DNA of 62,146 nucleotides, filler included, from Circinaria calcarea (Eukaryota): NCBI GenBank assembly GCA_051942165.1. It is 5 parts of 5 records of this genome, joined end to end, with 100 filler letters (N's around TTAATTAATTAA, not from the genome) between each part and the next. Parts side by side here need not be neighbours in the genome. Positions count along the whole stretch, not along the records: positions 49,805 to 62,146 come from JAVECS010000580.1; 4 more parts are not named here. One strand, 5' to 3'. Shown piece by piece: positions 49,805 to 62,146 of this stretch (position 1 is its first letter; each line of letters starts with the position of its first letter). The notes under the pieces were generated by a model. It saw only the letters and a program-made list of their open reading frames with translations, ran no database searches and was not told where the DNA came from. The position numbers and the translations under genes were made by a program.

Positions 49805-50979
49805 ATGGACGTCCGTGATCGAGGTCAAGCCCATACCTTCCTTTTTGAAGAAATGAGAGAAGATCTTGTAACACAAACCAGCTAGAACTTGGTACTCGAA
49901 GAACGCCGTTTTCAAAAAGCTTTTCGGTCGGGTGTGTAGCGAATAGCGTGGCACGAAGGATAGGTATCGCACGATCTTGGAAATGCAATTCGACCAACTC
50001 TGTTGACGGGTTACACTCGCATCTGAGTCGGGCGACTGGTGGTTCACCATCCTTTTCAACGACGTGGAAGTATTGAGATATCGGTCTGTAACTGTAAGCA
50101 ATGGACGGCAACGAAGTCTTAAATAAGAGAGGCCAGATTAGCATACCGGGGCATGTGAGTATCATCAACAACTTTCTCGAGATTGAGCTTGGGGATAGAC
50201 TGTAGTTGAATACCCTTGTAGTACGCATAAGCCCTGTTGAAGCTGTGCCCGTAACCATCAAAGAAACAACAGGTGCTACCTGCTTTTACGTGCGGTCTAG
50301 CTTTGCGGTGTATATTTCTGGGCAAGTACCCAAACGAAGTGCCAAACGCAGATGGAATATCAGAAACGGGAATGCCAATGATTAGCCGCTGAATGATGAC
50401 AATCAGTACAGTAAAAGGGAGATTATGAGCCAGTGAGACGTCCTTGCCCTTGTCATGAGCATAGTCAAAGCCACAGCACTGGAGGAAGTATGCATGGGTC
50501 ATCTGATGCAGGAGGACTCGAAGGATAGTCTGTTCAGACCTCACTGGCAACAGGTTCTCGGATAATTCAATCAAAATTCGAGGACTTGAACTTTTCTCCG
50601 GTTGAGTCGTCATACCCAAAAGCCCACGAGGAAGCCGAGCCCAGCGAAGCATAACATTTCCGCGAAGAGCTCCAGCGAAGACTTCAGCATCAATGTCGTT
50701 GAAAACTTGAAATGGCAGATTGCCTCCATCAAGTCTGCGTCGATGGTGGCGGCTTGGTCTTCCCGAATCCGCTGTTTGAGTGGCTTTTATAGATGCTTCT
50801 GCAATCTTGATAGCTTCCTCTGGGGAGGCGTAGTCAGGTTCCCTAGCTGGCTGGAGAGTCGCATTCTTGAGGACCGTAAGATCATCTTCAGTGGGAACAA
50901 GTTTGGGAGATCCGCACAGCCAGCGGATCCATAGTGGGGTAAGATAGACGTCCGGACCATGATGTGCTCTTCTAGGCAT
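49805..50979 (-). CDS. SprT-like metalloprotease-fold protein (HQxxH variant), 3'-truncated by the contig edge
   Basis: 'FNDIDAEVFAGALRGNVMLRW', 'IELSENLL', 'LLHQMTHAY', 'AHNLPF'; a GTATGC intron near 50146 links to ORF 49749-50261. Confidence 0.7.
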
Positions 50980-51711
50980 GTCGAGGCCTAAGCATAGATT
51001 TGCAATCAAGGTTAATAAAGCATAGAACGGAGTGAGGGGATGCGACCGTCTTATGTGTTCTAGCTGCACAATGTTTGCGTATGGCAGAGATATCAGAAGC
51101 CAAGACGGGACTCGGAATACGACGCTTGGTTGAACAAGGCCCTGTTTGTAGGGTCAGCTATTACTCATTTTTCGGAGAAATATAAGTTTGTTAGCTAGGA
51201 ATACGGACAAAATTCGCTTTGCAAATTTGGCCCGCAAAAAAATACGTGGTTCGATATAACAAGGAGATTTCAAAGCATATGACTAGGGTTGGGTACCAAC
51301 GTCTCCAGAAATCGTGTGCAAAGGCTAATTAGCGCATTAGATACAAGACAGCAATGTATGAGTACTGGACCGAGGCTAGATCCAAGAGGGCCATCTCTTG
51401 TAAACGGAAAAGGAGGACTGCTATACTCGCGATGATCGCTTGACGGCACATTCACAGCTTCAGACCTTGATAGAGATTAAGTGATAAAGTGAGGTGCCTA
51501 TCTCCATGGGAACGTAACCCAGCTGCGCACATTCAAACATCCAATTTCACTCTTTGTGCAGCTAAGAGCTGGAAACCGGGAGCAGAATGAATGCCTGTGG
51601 CCTTGAAAGTGTCCATCTGTTTTTCCAATAATACGATGTACTTTAAGGACGTTTGACCGTGGCAATCGATACATCAGACCCGGTTTCATGCTATTCGCCT
51701 ACCGAACCTAT

Positions 51712-52615
51712 CTAGTATCCACGTCGAGAAAAATCGTCCGGTCGGCCAGAAGATCGCCTTTCATCATCATGCTAAACATGCGATTCATATTAGCAGTCGC
51801 CATCGCGGAACAGGTGCTATTAGCGTACCTTTTTCCTCAATGCTTGCAGCCTCTTCTTCTTGGTGTGAGAGTTGATATAAGTTCCGATGACGAAAGCAAT
51901 GATGTTGAAGAACGGAACCCACGTCTGCTCAGGCAGAAACTTTTGGGCGAAAGCTAAAGCGAGTGGAGAGGTGATCCAGCTAACTTTCATCACCGGGAAG
52001 AAACCTGCTCTGACGGTAGCTCGAACTTGGTGAAACCTTCGCGCGCCAGCAATGACAGCCATTGACGCTAAATAGACGGCGTTCTGGATTGGAGAGACCT
52101 AGAAAGCCCCACAGGTTACTATACACCATGTTGCTGCAGATGAGGGGAAGGACTTACGATTAAGTTGCTAACAAGTATTTGCAAGATCTTTGCCCGCAGA
52201 CTTGTCCTTCCCGCAAACATCTTCTGCAGGACACTAATCAGGAAATGTCCCAGAGGCGCGCTAATGAACGCTCCGTAGACTGCCATTTTGGGCACGCGAG
52301 AGCTGAAGTAGTGGCCGTGTTGGCCGACGTCGTGCGCAATCCACGATGCAAGGACTTCTTGCAGTGCTGCCAGCGATCCGGACGTGAGCATTTTTGTGCG
52401 CAGCGGATTCCTTTGGAGTTGTTGAAGATAGGCCTGATACCCCGGACTTAGCATACTGGACCATAGAGTGCTCCAAGACAACATACTGCCAAATAGCCAC
52501 CCATTTGGCTTTTTCCACCAGTCAACCGTTCGCCAACCTCGTGTGCGATATCATGTCTTCGCCCTCCCGGAATGGGAACATTCCGGATAGTCTCCTTCTC
52601 GAATTTGACCGACAT
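51712..52615 (-). CDS. Mpv17/PMP22-family peroxisomal membrane protein
   Basis: Four exons; 'AYLQQLQRNPLRTKMLTSG', 'YGAFISAPLGH', 'SNLIVSPIQN', 'WVPFFNIIAFVIGTYIN'. Confidence 0.9.
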
Positions 52616-55600
52616 GGTGATTTTGTCGCAAAGTCGATGGAGGGTAGCAGTCTGCGCTCAATCGCGGCGCTTTCCTGTCACTGCATCCTTTGTGATTAGC
52701 TATGCTTGATTAAGGCCATTGAAAGTCGCGCAAAGTGATATGATCGAGGGAGCGCGTTGATTGTTGTGGGATTGTGGTGGGTGGGATGATTGACGTGACC
52801 TGGTCCATAGCTGTACAGCAAAGACATGGGGGTGTCGTTGACCTTGACTACCTAAGCCAGAAAGCACGCGTGAACTCACGTGTGAGAGCTTGGCTCAAAA
52901 GTCGTCTTCTCCTTCACTACATGTAGTTCCAGCCTCGTTGTCACTCTTTACTCGCCGGTGGGTGGGGGATTGCGAGGGTAGGTAGACAAAACCTGAGAGA
53001 GGAGTGATCCCACGTTAAGGATATATTGGCTCTAAGCTCCAGGGGACCTCGGCAAGCGCCCAACGGACACTTAGCGCTGAGAATGCTAACGCTTCTATGC
53101 CCCAAGGAACACCACAAGCGTAGGGTCAACAGTAGCCATGGCAGTCAGTCCATGACTAAGACTTGTTATCTCCGGGAGGTTCTGAACATGTGTATATTGA
53201 TCATTTACATGGCTATTATCTGGAACCTCGAATATCCTTAAACGTCTGCAGTCCTATGCCTTTACCAGAAATTTCCGAAATCCGTTATAATTTCTCTTCC
53301 CTTCTCAACCGGGTACTAGGGTACTCACCTCCGAAATCTGTCGTCTTCTTCCTCCATTTTCTCACCGAGTGTTAGGCGACGTCGAGTTGGGCTGTGACAA
53401 GATCCATCCAGGGGAGATTCTGTGGAGGGCGTTTGCATGCTCAATAGCCAATTTCATTGGCTGACGCTTTGATAGCAGCGGTTGCAAAACGAGCTCATTC
53501 AACTCTTCGCAAACAGCCTTGGCTCGTGGGGATGCCTTGACGAATGCCTCTGCTTCACCCTCCAAGACTGCTGCCCCCCATGCCCGATACCTATGTCCCC
53601 GTAAGCTGAGCGAGAAGCGTTCTGAGATTCGCTGGACTTACCGAGTGATACATTGATCTTCCAAAAGCACGAAGATGCCTCTGCCGAAGAAAGTTTCAAA
53701 GATGTAGAACGATCTCCCCTAGCGACAAGTCGCTTTTCAGTTTACCCTTTGCTTCCTTGAATTGCTTTTTCTCGGATTCATTGTGTGCACTGATGTTTGT
53801 GTTTAGCTTACCTAGGAGGCATACTAAGTAATTCGTGACCAGCGAAACGAATCTTCCCCCCGCACGAGTTTCCATCCTCGAAGCCTGAATATTTCCCTCA
53901 TGTTCCCCCGTGGGTTTGTCAAATCGCGTTGCAACTTGAGGTTAGTCGGATATTGTTGACGCACTTATGGACAGCTGCTTCATGAAGATATTGGTTTTGT
54001 TCCTCGCACGCATCTAAAACATCCCCAAAAACTGTAGGATCCTGCGTCATCTCACCCGAAAATGCTTCCCTACCTACCTCAGGGCGAACAATGCCGTCGA
54101 ACGCTCGGACTGCTTTCATGAATGCTAGTAAGTAAGTCCGACCTGGGTCGGTAAAGAGATGTAATAAATACAACACATATTCCTGGATGAGCTCAGTTGA
54201 AGGTCGCCGCGTAGGCTTCAAGTTGTTAGTTTTAGCAAGGACTGTATTGCAAAATGGTCAACGATTTAACCATGAGTGCATTGTAACGGGTCAAGAAAGA
54301 CGCCGGATGACCAATCCCGGAAGGTCGAAACTCCCGCAACACGATTTGTGCCCGGAGATTCTGCTTCGATGACCTCTGTCTCTTGACAGCAACAGGCACC
54401 AGAGTCTGATCATCCCCACTCTCCTCATAATCGCTGCGTCGTCAGCGGGTCAATGTTTGGATGTTTTCGGGTGCTTGTATGGCCTTAGGATCGCTACGCA
54501 CAGGCTTTGATTCGCGATTACATGCATTGTTTGAACAAGCTAATAAAATTGGCCGCGACACTAACTTCGCCTCAGCTAAGTCTAAGACAGTCAGCATAGT
54601 CATGTCAAGGTCCACATCTCGATTGGAGGAGCGTGCTGAATTCTTGTACAAGATGCACAACGTGTTTCAAGTTCATCTAAAAAGACTCGAACTGCGTCAA
54701 TCCTTTCCCCTAGCAAACGCTCCGACACCGATCCCAACATAGACTTCAATTTTTACCTTCAAGTTCTGTGGGCACTTTTGCTGATCGAATTTTGGCTGAG
54801 TGTATTCGCCATGACGGTGGCCGTTTGACGCGTCACAAAGTGGCATCGTGCTTGAATATGTTGCCATGCTCGAAACTTTCATAACCCAACTACCTGTGTA
54901 GATGTTGTGAGTTATGTGCTCAATGGTAAGTTCATTGAGATCGAGAATTTTGATGAGAGGAAGACGTGTTGTCTAAGGAATGGAAGCACAATTGCATGCT
55001 ACCTTTAATAGGGTGTCCGTGGTACATAAACAACCAGCGAGGTGAGTCATGGTCATGTTCGCCCCTTGACGGTGACGGGATGATGCATATAAGCTTGGGA
55101 TGAGCGCCCAGTAGATGATACATGGGTAGCTAGGATATCGATATCACGTTTACCTTGCAATCGGCATATCACCTGTAGTCAGGCCTTCGCCCTGTTGTAC
55201 TACGATACTCCCTTGCTGCCACAGGGACCTCGCTGATAGCGAAACGTGTATAGCAAGAAACCCAATAACACCAGAAACGCGAAGGGCATCGAGAACGGGG
55301 AGTAAGGGCAACAGACTGATATTACAATAACGAAAAGAAGGCGCGGTGTTGCGTACAGACTTATGCCTGCAAGCTGCAAGCCAGCACTGCCAGAAGCCGT
55401 GCATCTGCTGCGGGATCGAATCCATAGAGACACTTTTGAGAGCTATTAGGAGTCTCTGGTAGATATTCCATGTCTATCATCACACATATATTCTGCTGAT
55501 TCGAGAAAAACCATGTGTGGAGAGTTGGATGCAGTTCTAGGCTCACTCATTGGGTAAGCGGATGTAAAAGATAGAAGCCGCCCGGCTCTGCAAGCAAACA

Positions 55601-56434
55601 GTCTGCATTAAATTGTGGATTGATTGGCAGAGTATCTATTAGAATGCTATAAATTGTAGGTTACGGAGTGATCGTTGAGGCAAGGCGCGTATCAAAATTC
55701 GCGAGAGTGGTTGTCTCCTCAAGGAGTTGACAAGGGAAACTTCCCCGTTCCGCAGGGCTGCCTTTTTGCCACTTCTCCACGAATCCGGTTTTCATCAAAG
55801 CAGTGCCAGAAGTGACGAGAGACACTCAGCGGTATTAATCCGAGGTCCATGATGTCCTGACACTGGCCGGCCTTCGCAGAATTAAAATCTCTCGGGTCAG
55901 TTGGGACATCTCCAGAAAACCGTGTCCTCTTCTCCATGCTGGTCCCCGGTCCAGTCACTTAGGACTACTCACACTTGCTGTTAAACCGTGAAGGTCTCTA
56001 AAGTCTCTCTGAGGAATACGAATGCTCTGCCAGTTCATTAAGCCTGTAGCATCTCCACGTAGGTCGTCGCTCATTCTAGTAGGAGAGTCAATTCTGATTG
56101 ACACCCCCGAATCATGTTTGCCATCACTGTACTCTGTTCTATTGATCTCTCTATAATAAAGACTCACGAATTAATTTAATGGATCTTTTCCTAAACTTAC
56201 CAACCATTCACTTGAAGAGCGGGACGGCATCCGACAACGCTGTCAGACAGATCAGATCTCACATCAGATTGATGTAATATACATTCACGCAATTGTAGTA
56301 AACCTGAAGAGGGGCTCATGAATCTTATATTGCATATCATTTCTACTCAACGATAACCGTTTAGCGTTAGGGCTGCAACAGGCGAACGGGAACTAACCAC
56401 TCAGCATCTCTTTCATTTCCGGGGCGGTACCTTC

Positions 56435-57772
56435 ATGTCAACTCATGGTTCTAGATCAAAGCAACACATGCTCAATGAGCCTCTACTGGAACTGCTGTGG
56501 GGTGTGATGGCTGAAGTCACCACTACGCTCAGGGATCTCATTATGCAGATCTCCTCGGAGACATCAACTACCCAGAAGCTTCCATCAATTCAAACGCGTC
56601 GCGCAGCATGCACCCACATGATCTTGACTAGATTTTACGGGGCCCACAAGTGTAGTCACTGCAACAGACCTTCATGGTTGGGTTGGGTATATCGATGCGT
56701 TCAGGACGATGAACGACAGCTGCCTGAGAGCCCAGAGCAACTGGCAGATGAAGACGGCTTAGGCATCATCACGGTCAATTATGGGAACGAGGCTGATACT
56801 GACAAAGTCCTGGATGATGCCTCTGGCGAAGTCAAGCCTGGGCAAGTTAAAGAGATGCGCGTGGTCCAACTGAGCCCATGGATGGAACGAGCCATTCTGG
56901 ACGGTCACTACACCACGAACCAGGTCATTCAGCTTCGAGCTCAGAAGCAGAAGGTCAACGATGTCATCGCAGCTGCAGATGGCAACAACACACTGCAACA
57001 CACCCTTTTCTACCAGTCGAATCCGTCCACCAAATCCACGTTGCCTTGCGAACAGACCCGTACATCGTCGACAACGGAAGAGACCTTAGATGGTATCTCA
57101 TTGGTAGATCGGCCTCCAGCTCCTCCTAAACTGATTCCAATCTGTTACTACAAGACCTGCCAGGTCTGTCGGCCCACTTCTCGAGATCGGGCATGGCAAT
57201 GCTTCGAGCACATCTTCAACAACTCGGAACCCCCCTCAGCCATTGACTTTTCAAGCGACAACCGCCCTGTTTCCGATGCAAACCTGGTACGTGGCATCGG
57301 CCTGCGCAAGAAGCGACCACACCTTCGACATCTTGGGATATTCAACGATATTCTCGCTCCGAGCGATGAAGGCAGTAGAACCTTGACGGAAGAGTCATCC
57401 AACCAAGCGGACGCCGACTGGATGAGTCGGCAAGTAGGCCAGTTGAGAAGCCGCGACTTCCGTAACCACGTCAGACGTGTTTGGGAGCAAATCCTCTTCA
57501 CCCGTCGTCGAGAATCCCGTGCCAGTAGCCGTTCCAGCAGAAGGGTACAAGGAGCGCAGGAAGATGGCGAGGATTCGGACCTGGGAGTGTGGCGGGATTG
57601 GAACTCGAGTGGGCTCCTTGGACAAGCTACTAGGACGAAGCTGCCGGGTCAAGATGGGACGGACGGGCTGGATGTCGAGAGTGGTGGAGGGGAAGTCATT
57701 GTTGACAATGGGATTGCGGTGACTGAAGAGGCGGTCGACCTGAGGTCTGCTGACATCATCATGTCGGTGTAG
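56435..57772 (+). CDS. Fungal hypothetical protein with Cys/His clusters
   Basis: 445-aa ORF with 'CTH..RFYG..KCSHC..WVYRCVQD' and 'CYYKTCQVCRPTSRDRAW'. Confidence 0.75.
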   Translation: MSTHGSRSKQHMLNEPLLELLWGVMAEVTTTLRDLIMQISSETSTTQKLPSIQTRRAACTHMILTRFYGAHKCSHCNRPSWLGWVYRCVQDDERQLPESPEQLADEDGLGIITVNYGNEADTDKVLDDASGEVKPGQVKEMRVVQLSPWMERAILDGHYTTNQVIQLRAQKQKVNDVIAAADGNNTLQHTLFYQSNPSTKSTLPCEQTRTSSTTEETLDGISLVDRPPAPPKLIPICYYKTCQVCRPTSRDRAWQCFEHIFNNSEPPSAIDFSSDNRPVSDANLVRGIGLRKKRPHLRHLGIFNDILAPSDEGSRTLTEESSNQADADWMSRQVGQLRSRDFRNHVRRVWEQILFTRRRESRASSRSSRRVQGAQEDGEDSDLGVWRDWNSSGLLGQATRTKLPGQDGTDGLDVESGGGEVIVDNGIAVTEEAVDLRSADIIMSV

Positions 57773-58664
57773 AGGCATCTGTCCTTGATGGGTGCAACTT
57801 TTGCTTTGACTGGAGCAGGTGTAGGAAAAAATCCAAAAGGAAATGAGGACATGGGTGCTGAATTGTACGACAGCTGAGAGAGACATCTGCTTCATAGTCG
57901 ATTGAACCAACATCTTTTTGCTATACATGGCAGAAAGAGCAACTGGACGCTCTGTAGGCATGCTTCAAGTGACAGTGAAACTACTAGAATACCCAACTGC
58001 TCCATCCCATTGCTGGCCAAAACCCTTCTGGTTCGTTGAAGCCCCGACCTATCGCGCCACTCTCCTTTCCCCTGCCCTCTTCGAACCCTCCAACTACCAT
58101 CGCAACCCAAGTCCCTGCGTAAAGACTCATACTATGAATTAATCCTTCCCGAGACCATAGGCTATCTGATAAATAGGGAGGAGGGGAAAGAGAGAGCAAG
58201 CAGAAGAAGATCGTGGGTTTGTACGGCGGACGGTTTGAGTTTTAGGCTTTACTTTGTACTCCGTACCGACGCAGTGCGAAAAACGGGTTACCGTAGAAAT
58301 GACTGAAGGTTTCTTCTAGCGGACTTTCTTACTGTGTTTCAGGAAGCCGAATTGAAAGAGTCAAATTCTGTAATAATTGATCCCAAGATTATAGTTTTCA
58401 TATACACGGTAGTCTACAAGAATGGAGAGCTACCTATACCGGCTGCCCAAGGCTTCCTGTCGTGTTACCCCACGATGCAGCCGCCTTGTCCCATCCCAGG
58501 TATGCTCTGATCCGCTTACTCAAAAGGTGCCGTACTTGAACTCGGGACTTGAAACGAGACGTACTGCCCCTAGGGAAGCCTTGTACCTTCCTCCGATTGT
58601 CAACCATGTCCATTCTACCATCTACAAGTTTTCACCTCGTCTTCTCGTTGTCCTTTAGAGTAAG

Positions 58665-61064
58665 ATGGATCCTCTGAGTATTACCGCAAGCATTATTACT
58701 GTACTTCAGGCTACGAATGTCGTCATTTCGATATGCTACGATTACAGTTCCTCTGTAAAGCAATCCAACTGGCAATTGCCAAAGGTAATTGAGGAACTGA
58801 AGAACCTTCGGAATGTCCTTGAAACCCTCGAACCGCTTGCGAGGACAGCTGAGAGTACAAACCCAGGCCCTGAAAGCCGGTTGCCAACGTTGAAGTTGTT
58901 ATGTTCGCCTGATACTGGACGAGGATTACTATTCGACTGCCTTGAGGAGTTAAATATTCTCAAAGACAAGCTAAGTCCTCCGAGCTGGGCTGGCCCGGAT
59001 GGATCGAAAAGAAGAACACTTGTACTGGCAATAGGCTGGCCTTTGAAGGAAGGAGAGACCAAGAAAGCACTGGACAACCTTGAGAGTTATAAGGCCACTC
59101 TGGCTTTGGCGATTACAGTAGATCAAGCGTAGGTTTTCGGCAACAAAGGACGACTCGCTATTGCGAAGGGACAGCTTCTACCTATCTAGGGCGCTGTTGA
59201 TAGCCATACAAGATACTACATCAAGCGTGCAAAATGACCTTACTAATTTAAGTCAATCATTTTCATCAACGACAACAGGTACCGATATGTTCAAGTGTTC
59301 AGCGAGGCTCACGTATGTTGAAATATAATAGATGATTATCAAGAAAATATCCATCGCTGGCTCGCAGCGCCGAACCCGTCTGTTAACCACAATGAGGCAC
59401 GGAAACGACGACAAGAAAGAACTGGGTTATGGTTTATCGGGAGCAAGGGGTTTGAGAATTGGAAAATAGCATCAGGCTCAATGCTTTGGCTCCACGGCAT
59501 CCCTGGATGCGGTAAGATCCCCTACCTCTTCGTCCAGTATATCCATAATAAAGCAACGTAACTTATCTGTGGACAGGTAAGTCAATACTGACCTCTACAA
59601 TCATTGAAGATGTTCTTGGGTATTGCCATCTAAAAACTGGTATGGCGGCTGCGTATTTCTATTTCGATTTCAGTGACACTAGCAAGCAGAGACATGAAAA
59701 CATGATACGCTCTCTTCTTACACAACTCTCTATGCAATGTGGAGGCATACCCAGCTCGCTGAGGACACTTTACGATTCCTGCATGGGTGGAGCGCAGCAG
59801 CCCACCATTACAACACTGATAGAGACTCTACGGCATTTGGTGCAAGAATTCCAGCAGATGTTTGTCATACTTGACGCTCTAGATGAGTGCAAAGACAGAC
59901 AAGACCTTCTGAATACCGTCGAAGAAGTTCATGGATGGAAGATTGGAAGCTTGCACTTACTTGTTACAAGCCGAAGAGAGATGGATATCGAATATTCGCT
60001 AGATCATTTGCTTAACGAGCAAGAGATTATTTTCCTTCAGAGTGCTCTGGTAGACGAAGACATTCGAGTTTACGTCCGCGAACGCTTACAAACAGATCGG
60101 AGCCTTAAGAGATGGCGAAATCATGGGCAAGTACAAGAAGAGATTGAGATGGCATTAGTGAGTAAAGCTGGCGGAATGTGTACACAGGGTGTTCCTATTC
60201 CCTACTGAGGCTAAATCTGTACTGATATAACACTTCAGGTTCCGATGGGCTGCTTGTCAGCTTGACGAGTTGGGGAAATGCCTAAACCTCCCTATGCTTC
60301 GGAAGGCATTGGAATCTCTGCCCAAAACCTTGGATGATACGTACGCTCGGATACTCAATGGAATAGACGAAGACTACAGCCAATATGCTATAATCATACT
60401 ACAGTGGCTTGTTTACTCTGCCCGACCACTCCAAATCGAAGAGCTGGCCGAAGCAGTTACTGTTGATCTACAGAGTAGACCTCGATTCAGCGCTGATAGA
60501 CGATTCCCAGAACCCCGAGATGTAGCAGCCATATGTTCTAGCTTGGTGACCATGCTTGTGGAGAAATTTCCAGCTCGGCGACGGCTAAAGAAGGAAGAAC
60601 CTAGGACGATGGTCAGGCTAGCGCACTTCTCTGTTAGAGAATACCTTACATCTGAGCGAATCCTAGCTGGACCAGGTCCAACGTCCCGTTACAGTATCCG
60701 AGAGATTCCTGCACATTTGGGTATAGCTGAGATATGTCTTGCATACCTTTTACAGTTTGACCAACCGGATTCGACATTCTTGAGCAGCAAAGATTTCCCG
60801 CTAGCTCAGTATGCAGCTTGCTATTGGATTTATCATACAGAGTTGAGCGGCGAAAAAGGAGGAGTTGACATGACCGCCTTGCTCGAAATGGAAGCTGAGC
60901 TCTTCCTGCGTAATCGGGATGCCGCCCACAATTATGCTTGCCTACAGTTGTGGAGCGCTAGCAATGCACTCCTTGAGTTGTCAATCGAAACCGAGATGTT
61001 CTCCTCTCTGCAGATCGCGGTGCGTTCCGGCCGAACGAAAACAGGAAAGCTTTTGGTTGAGTAA
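58665..61064 (+). CDS. Fungal NLR: HeLo-like/SesA N-terminus + NACHT + winged helix + truncated ankyrin tail
   Basis: 'MDPLSITASII..' N-terminus; 'TGLWF'; intron-split Walker A 'LHGIPGCGKS'; Walker B 'VILDALDEC'; 'GMFRWAACQL'; 'LPKTLDDTYARIL'; 'LAHFSVREYL'; four GT-AG introns. Confidence 0.9.
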
Positions 61065-62023
61065 GCACCCGCTGTAGATGCTTCCCGGAACGTGATCCGC
61101 TCTCTATTGCAACTGGCTGTAACTCGCGGTCATCGTCTCAATTTCCGGACAATTTTAGAGGCAGAGGTGCATTCGCTTGGTAGTGCATTCGCAGTGGTCT
61201 GCACTTAGTGAAATGATTAACCAACTACTGCGAGAGGTAGATGCTGGTCCTTTGCCCGAAGGGTTGCCTTTGTGCTATCACCTACGACATATCGCAGGTA
61301 CACCGTCAAACCACGTATCTGTTAATGAAGCAGGATGCTGATGTTCAATGGTGTGACACTGATCGTGATAGTCTGCTAAGTCTGGCCGAACGCTTCAAGA
61401 AAAACAAGGATGCTCAGGTGTTGCGGGAGGACGGGGAGGTAGACTACGGGGAGGACTATAGCAACACAGAGCGGGACGGGTAATCCAATTCGAATTCCTG
61501 AAGTTTGCGTTGGCTTATACTGCACTGACTCCTGTAACCTGTAGTTATCCTTAGTAGTTGACTGGGGATATTGCTTAGAGTACACATGGGTTACCACGAT
61601 GCTCCCGCTCCTTTGATAATTCATGTTTTTCAGGTGGGAAGTTTAGGGTTAGTATGCAATTAATCGGATTTACACATCCTAAGAGGAGTGAGCAGGGATT
61701 GAACAGGATCTTGAAGCTTTCGTTGGACGCGTTAGAGTTGCGAGGTTAGAATCGGGGTCGATTGTAGTGTTACATGGCAAAAGCAACCAGGACCGACTGA
61801 GTTTTAAAGTATAAAATACCCATAAGAATTCAGACTGTCATGTTGATTGATAATAGCCATCATGAAAGACTTTCCTGACTCGAGAAATGTCCTTTTCCAC
61901 GTGATCATCACCTACGTAGATCTGCCTAGGGTCTTGACCTGGATCACCCAATGCGCCAAGCGAGGCCTTTCAACCGCAATCGGGACCGCAACAATAACCC
62001 TACCACGCCTCCTCACCACCGCC

Positions 62024-62130
62024 ATGGTATCCAACGCTTCCTCTTCCCTAATGCGGAATCTTCAAGTTCTCAAACAATCCCTCCCCCAATACTTTTCCAA
62101 AACCGACGCCCACATCTCCCATCTAAATCG
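62024..62130 (+). CDS. First exon of a gene cut by the window end; possibly PEX11-like peroxin
   Basis: Strong ACCGCCATGG context, 'KTDAHISHLNR', then a GTAACG donor at 62131. The family guess rests on a short motif recalled from memory. Confidence 0.4.
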
Positions 62131-62146
62131 GTAACGTCATTCCCTC

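Noticed and set aside
38064..61064. HET effector and NACHT NLR as a linked immune module
   Set aside because: They lie on different contigs separated by an artificial linker.

Overview
Fungal (filamentous ascomycete, Pezizomycotina) genomic DNA with short spliceosomal introns. The window is five unrelated contigs (1-12356, 12457-24809, 24910-37260, 37361-49704, 49805-62146; 12356, 12353, 12351, 12344 and 12342 bp, i.e. length-sorted) joined by artificial N44-TTAATTAATTAA-N44 linkers, so no linkage can be inferred across the joins. Contig 1: TOR kinase, DAHP synthase, hypothetical gene. Contig 2 (accessory-like): hypothetical PD-(D/E)XK-like ORF, an AT-rich satellite with a GC hairpin, and a compact candidate fungal RiPP (dikaritin-type) cluster: a 3-exon small secreted gene absent as a unit from the ORF track, two DUF3328/UstYa oxidases with intact double HxxHC motifs, and an APH-type kinase. 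Contig 3: kinesin-4-like motor, PTS2-bearing SDR, secreted protein. Contig 4: HET-domain gene with one in-frame TGA, small secreted protein, Zn-ribbon microprotein, an unusual tRNA-like Pol III locus with a long hairpin, rpl34 and the 5' end of PRP8. Contig 5: SprT-like HQxxH protein, Mpv17/PMP22 protein, hypothetical gene, and a NACHT NLR with a decayed ankyrin tail. The strongest leads are the DUF3328 cluster with its atypical non-Kex2-repeat precursor candidate and the tRNA-like hairpin RNA. All calls come from reading the sequence; no database searches were run.
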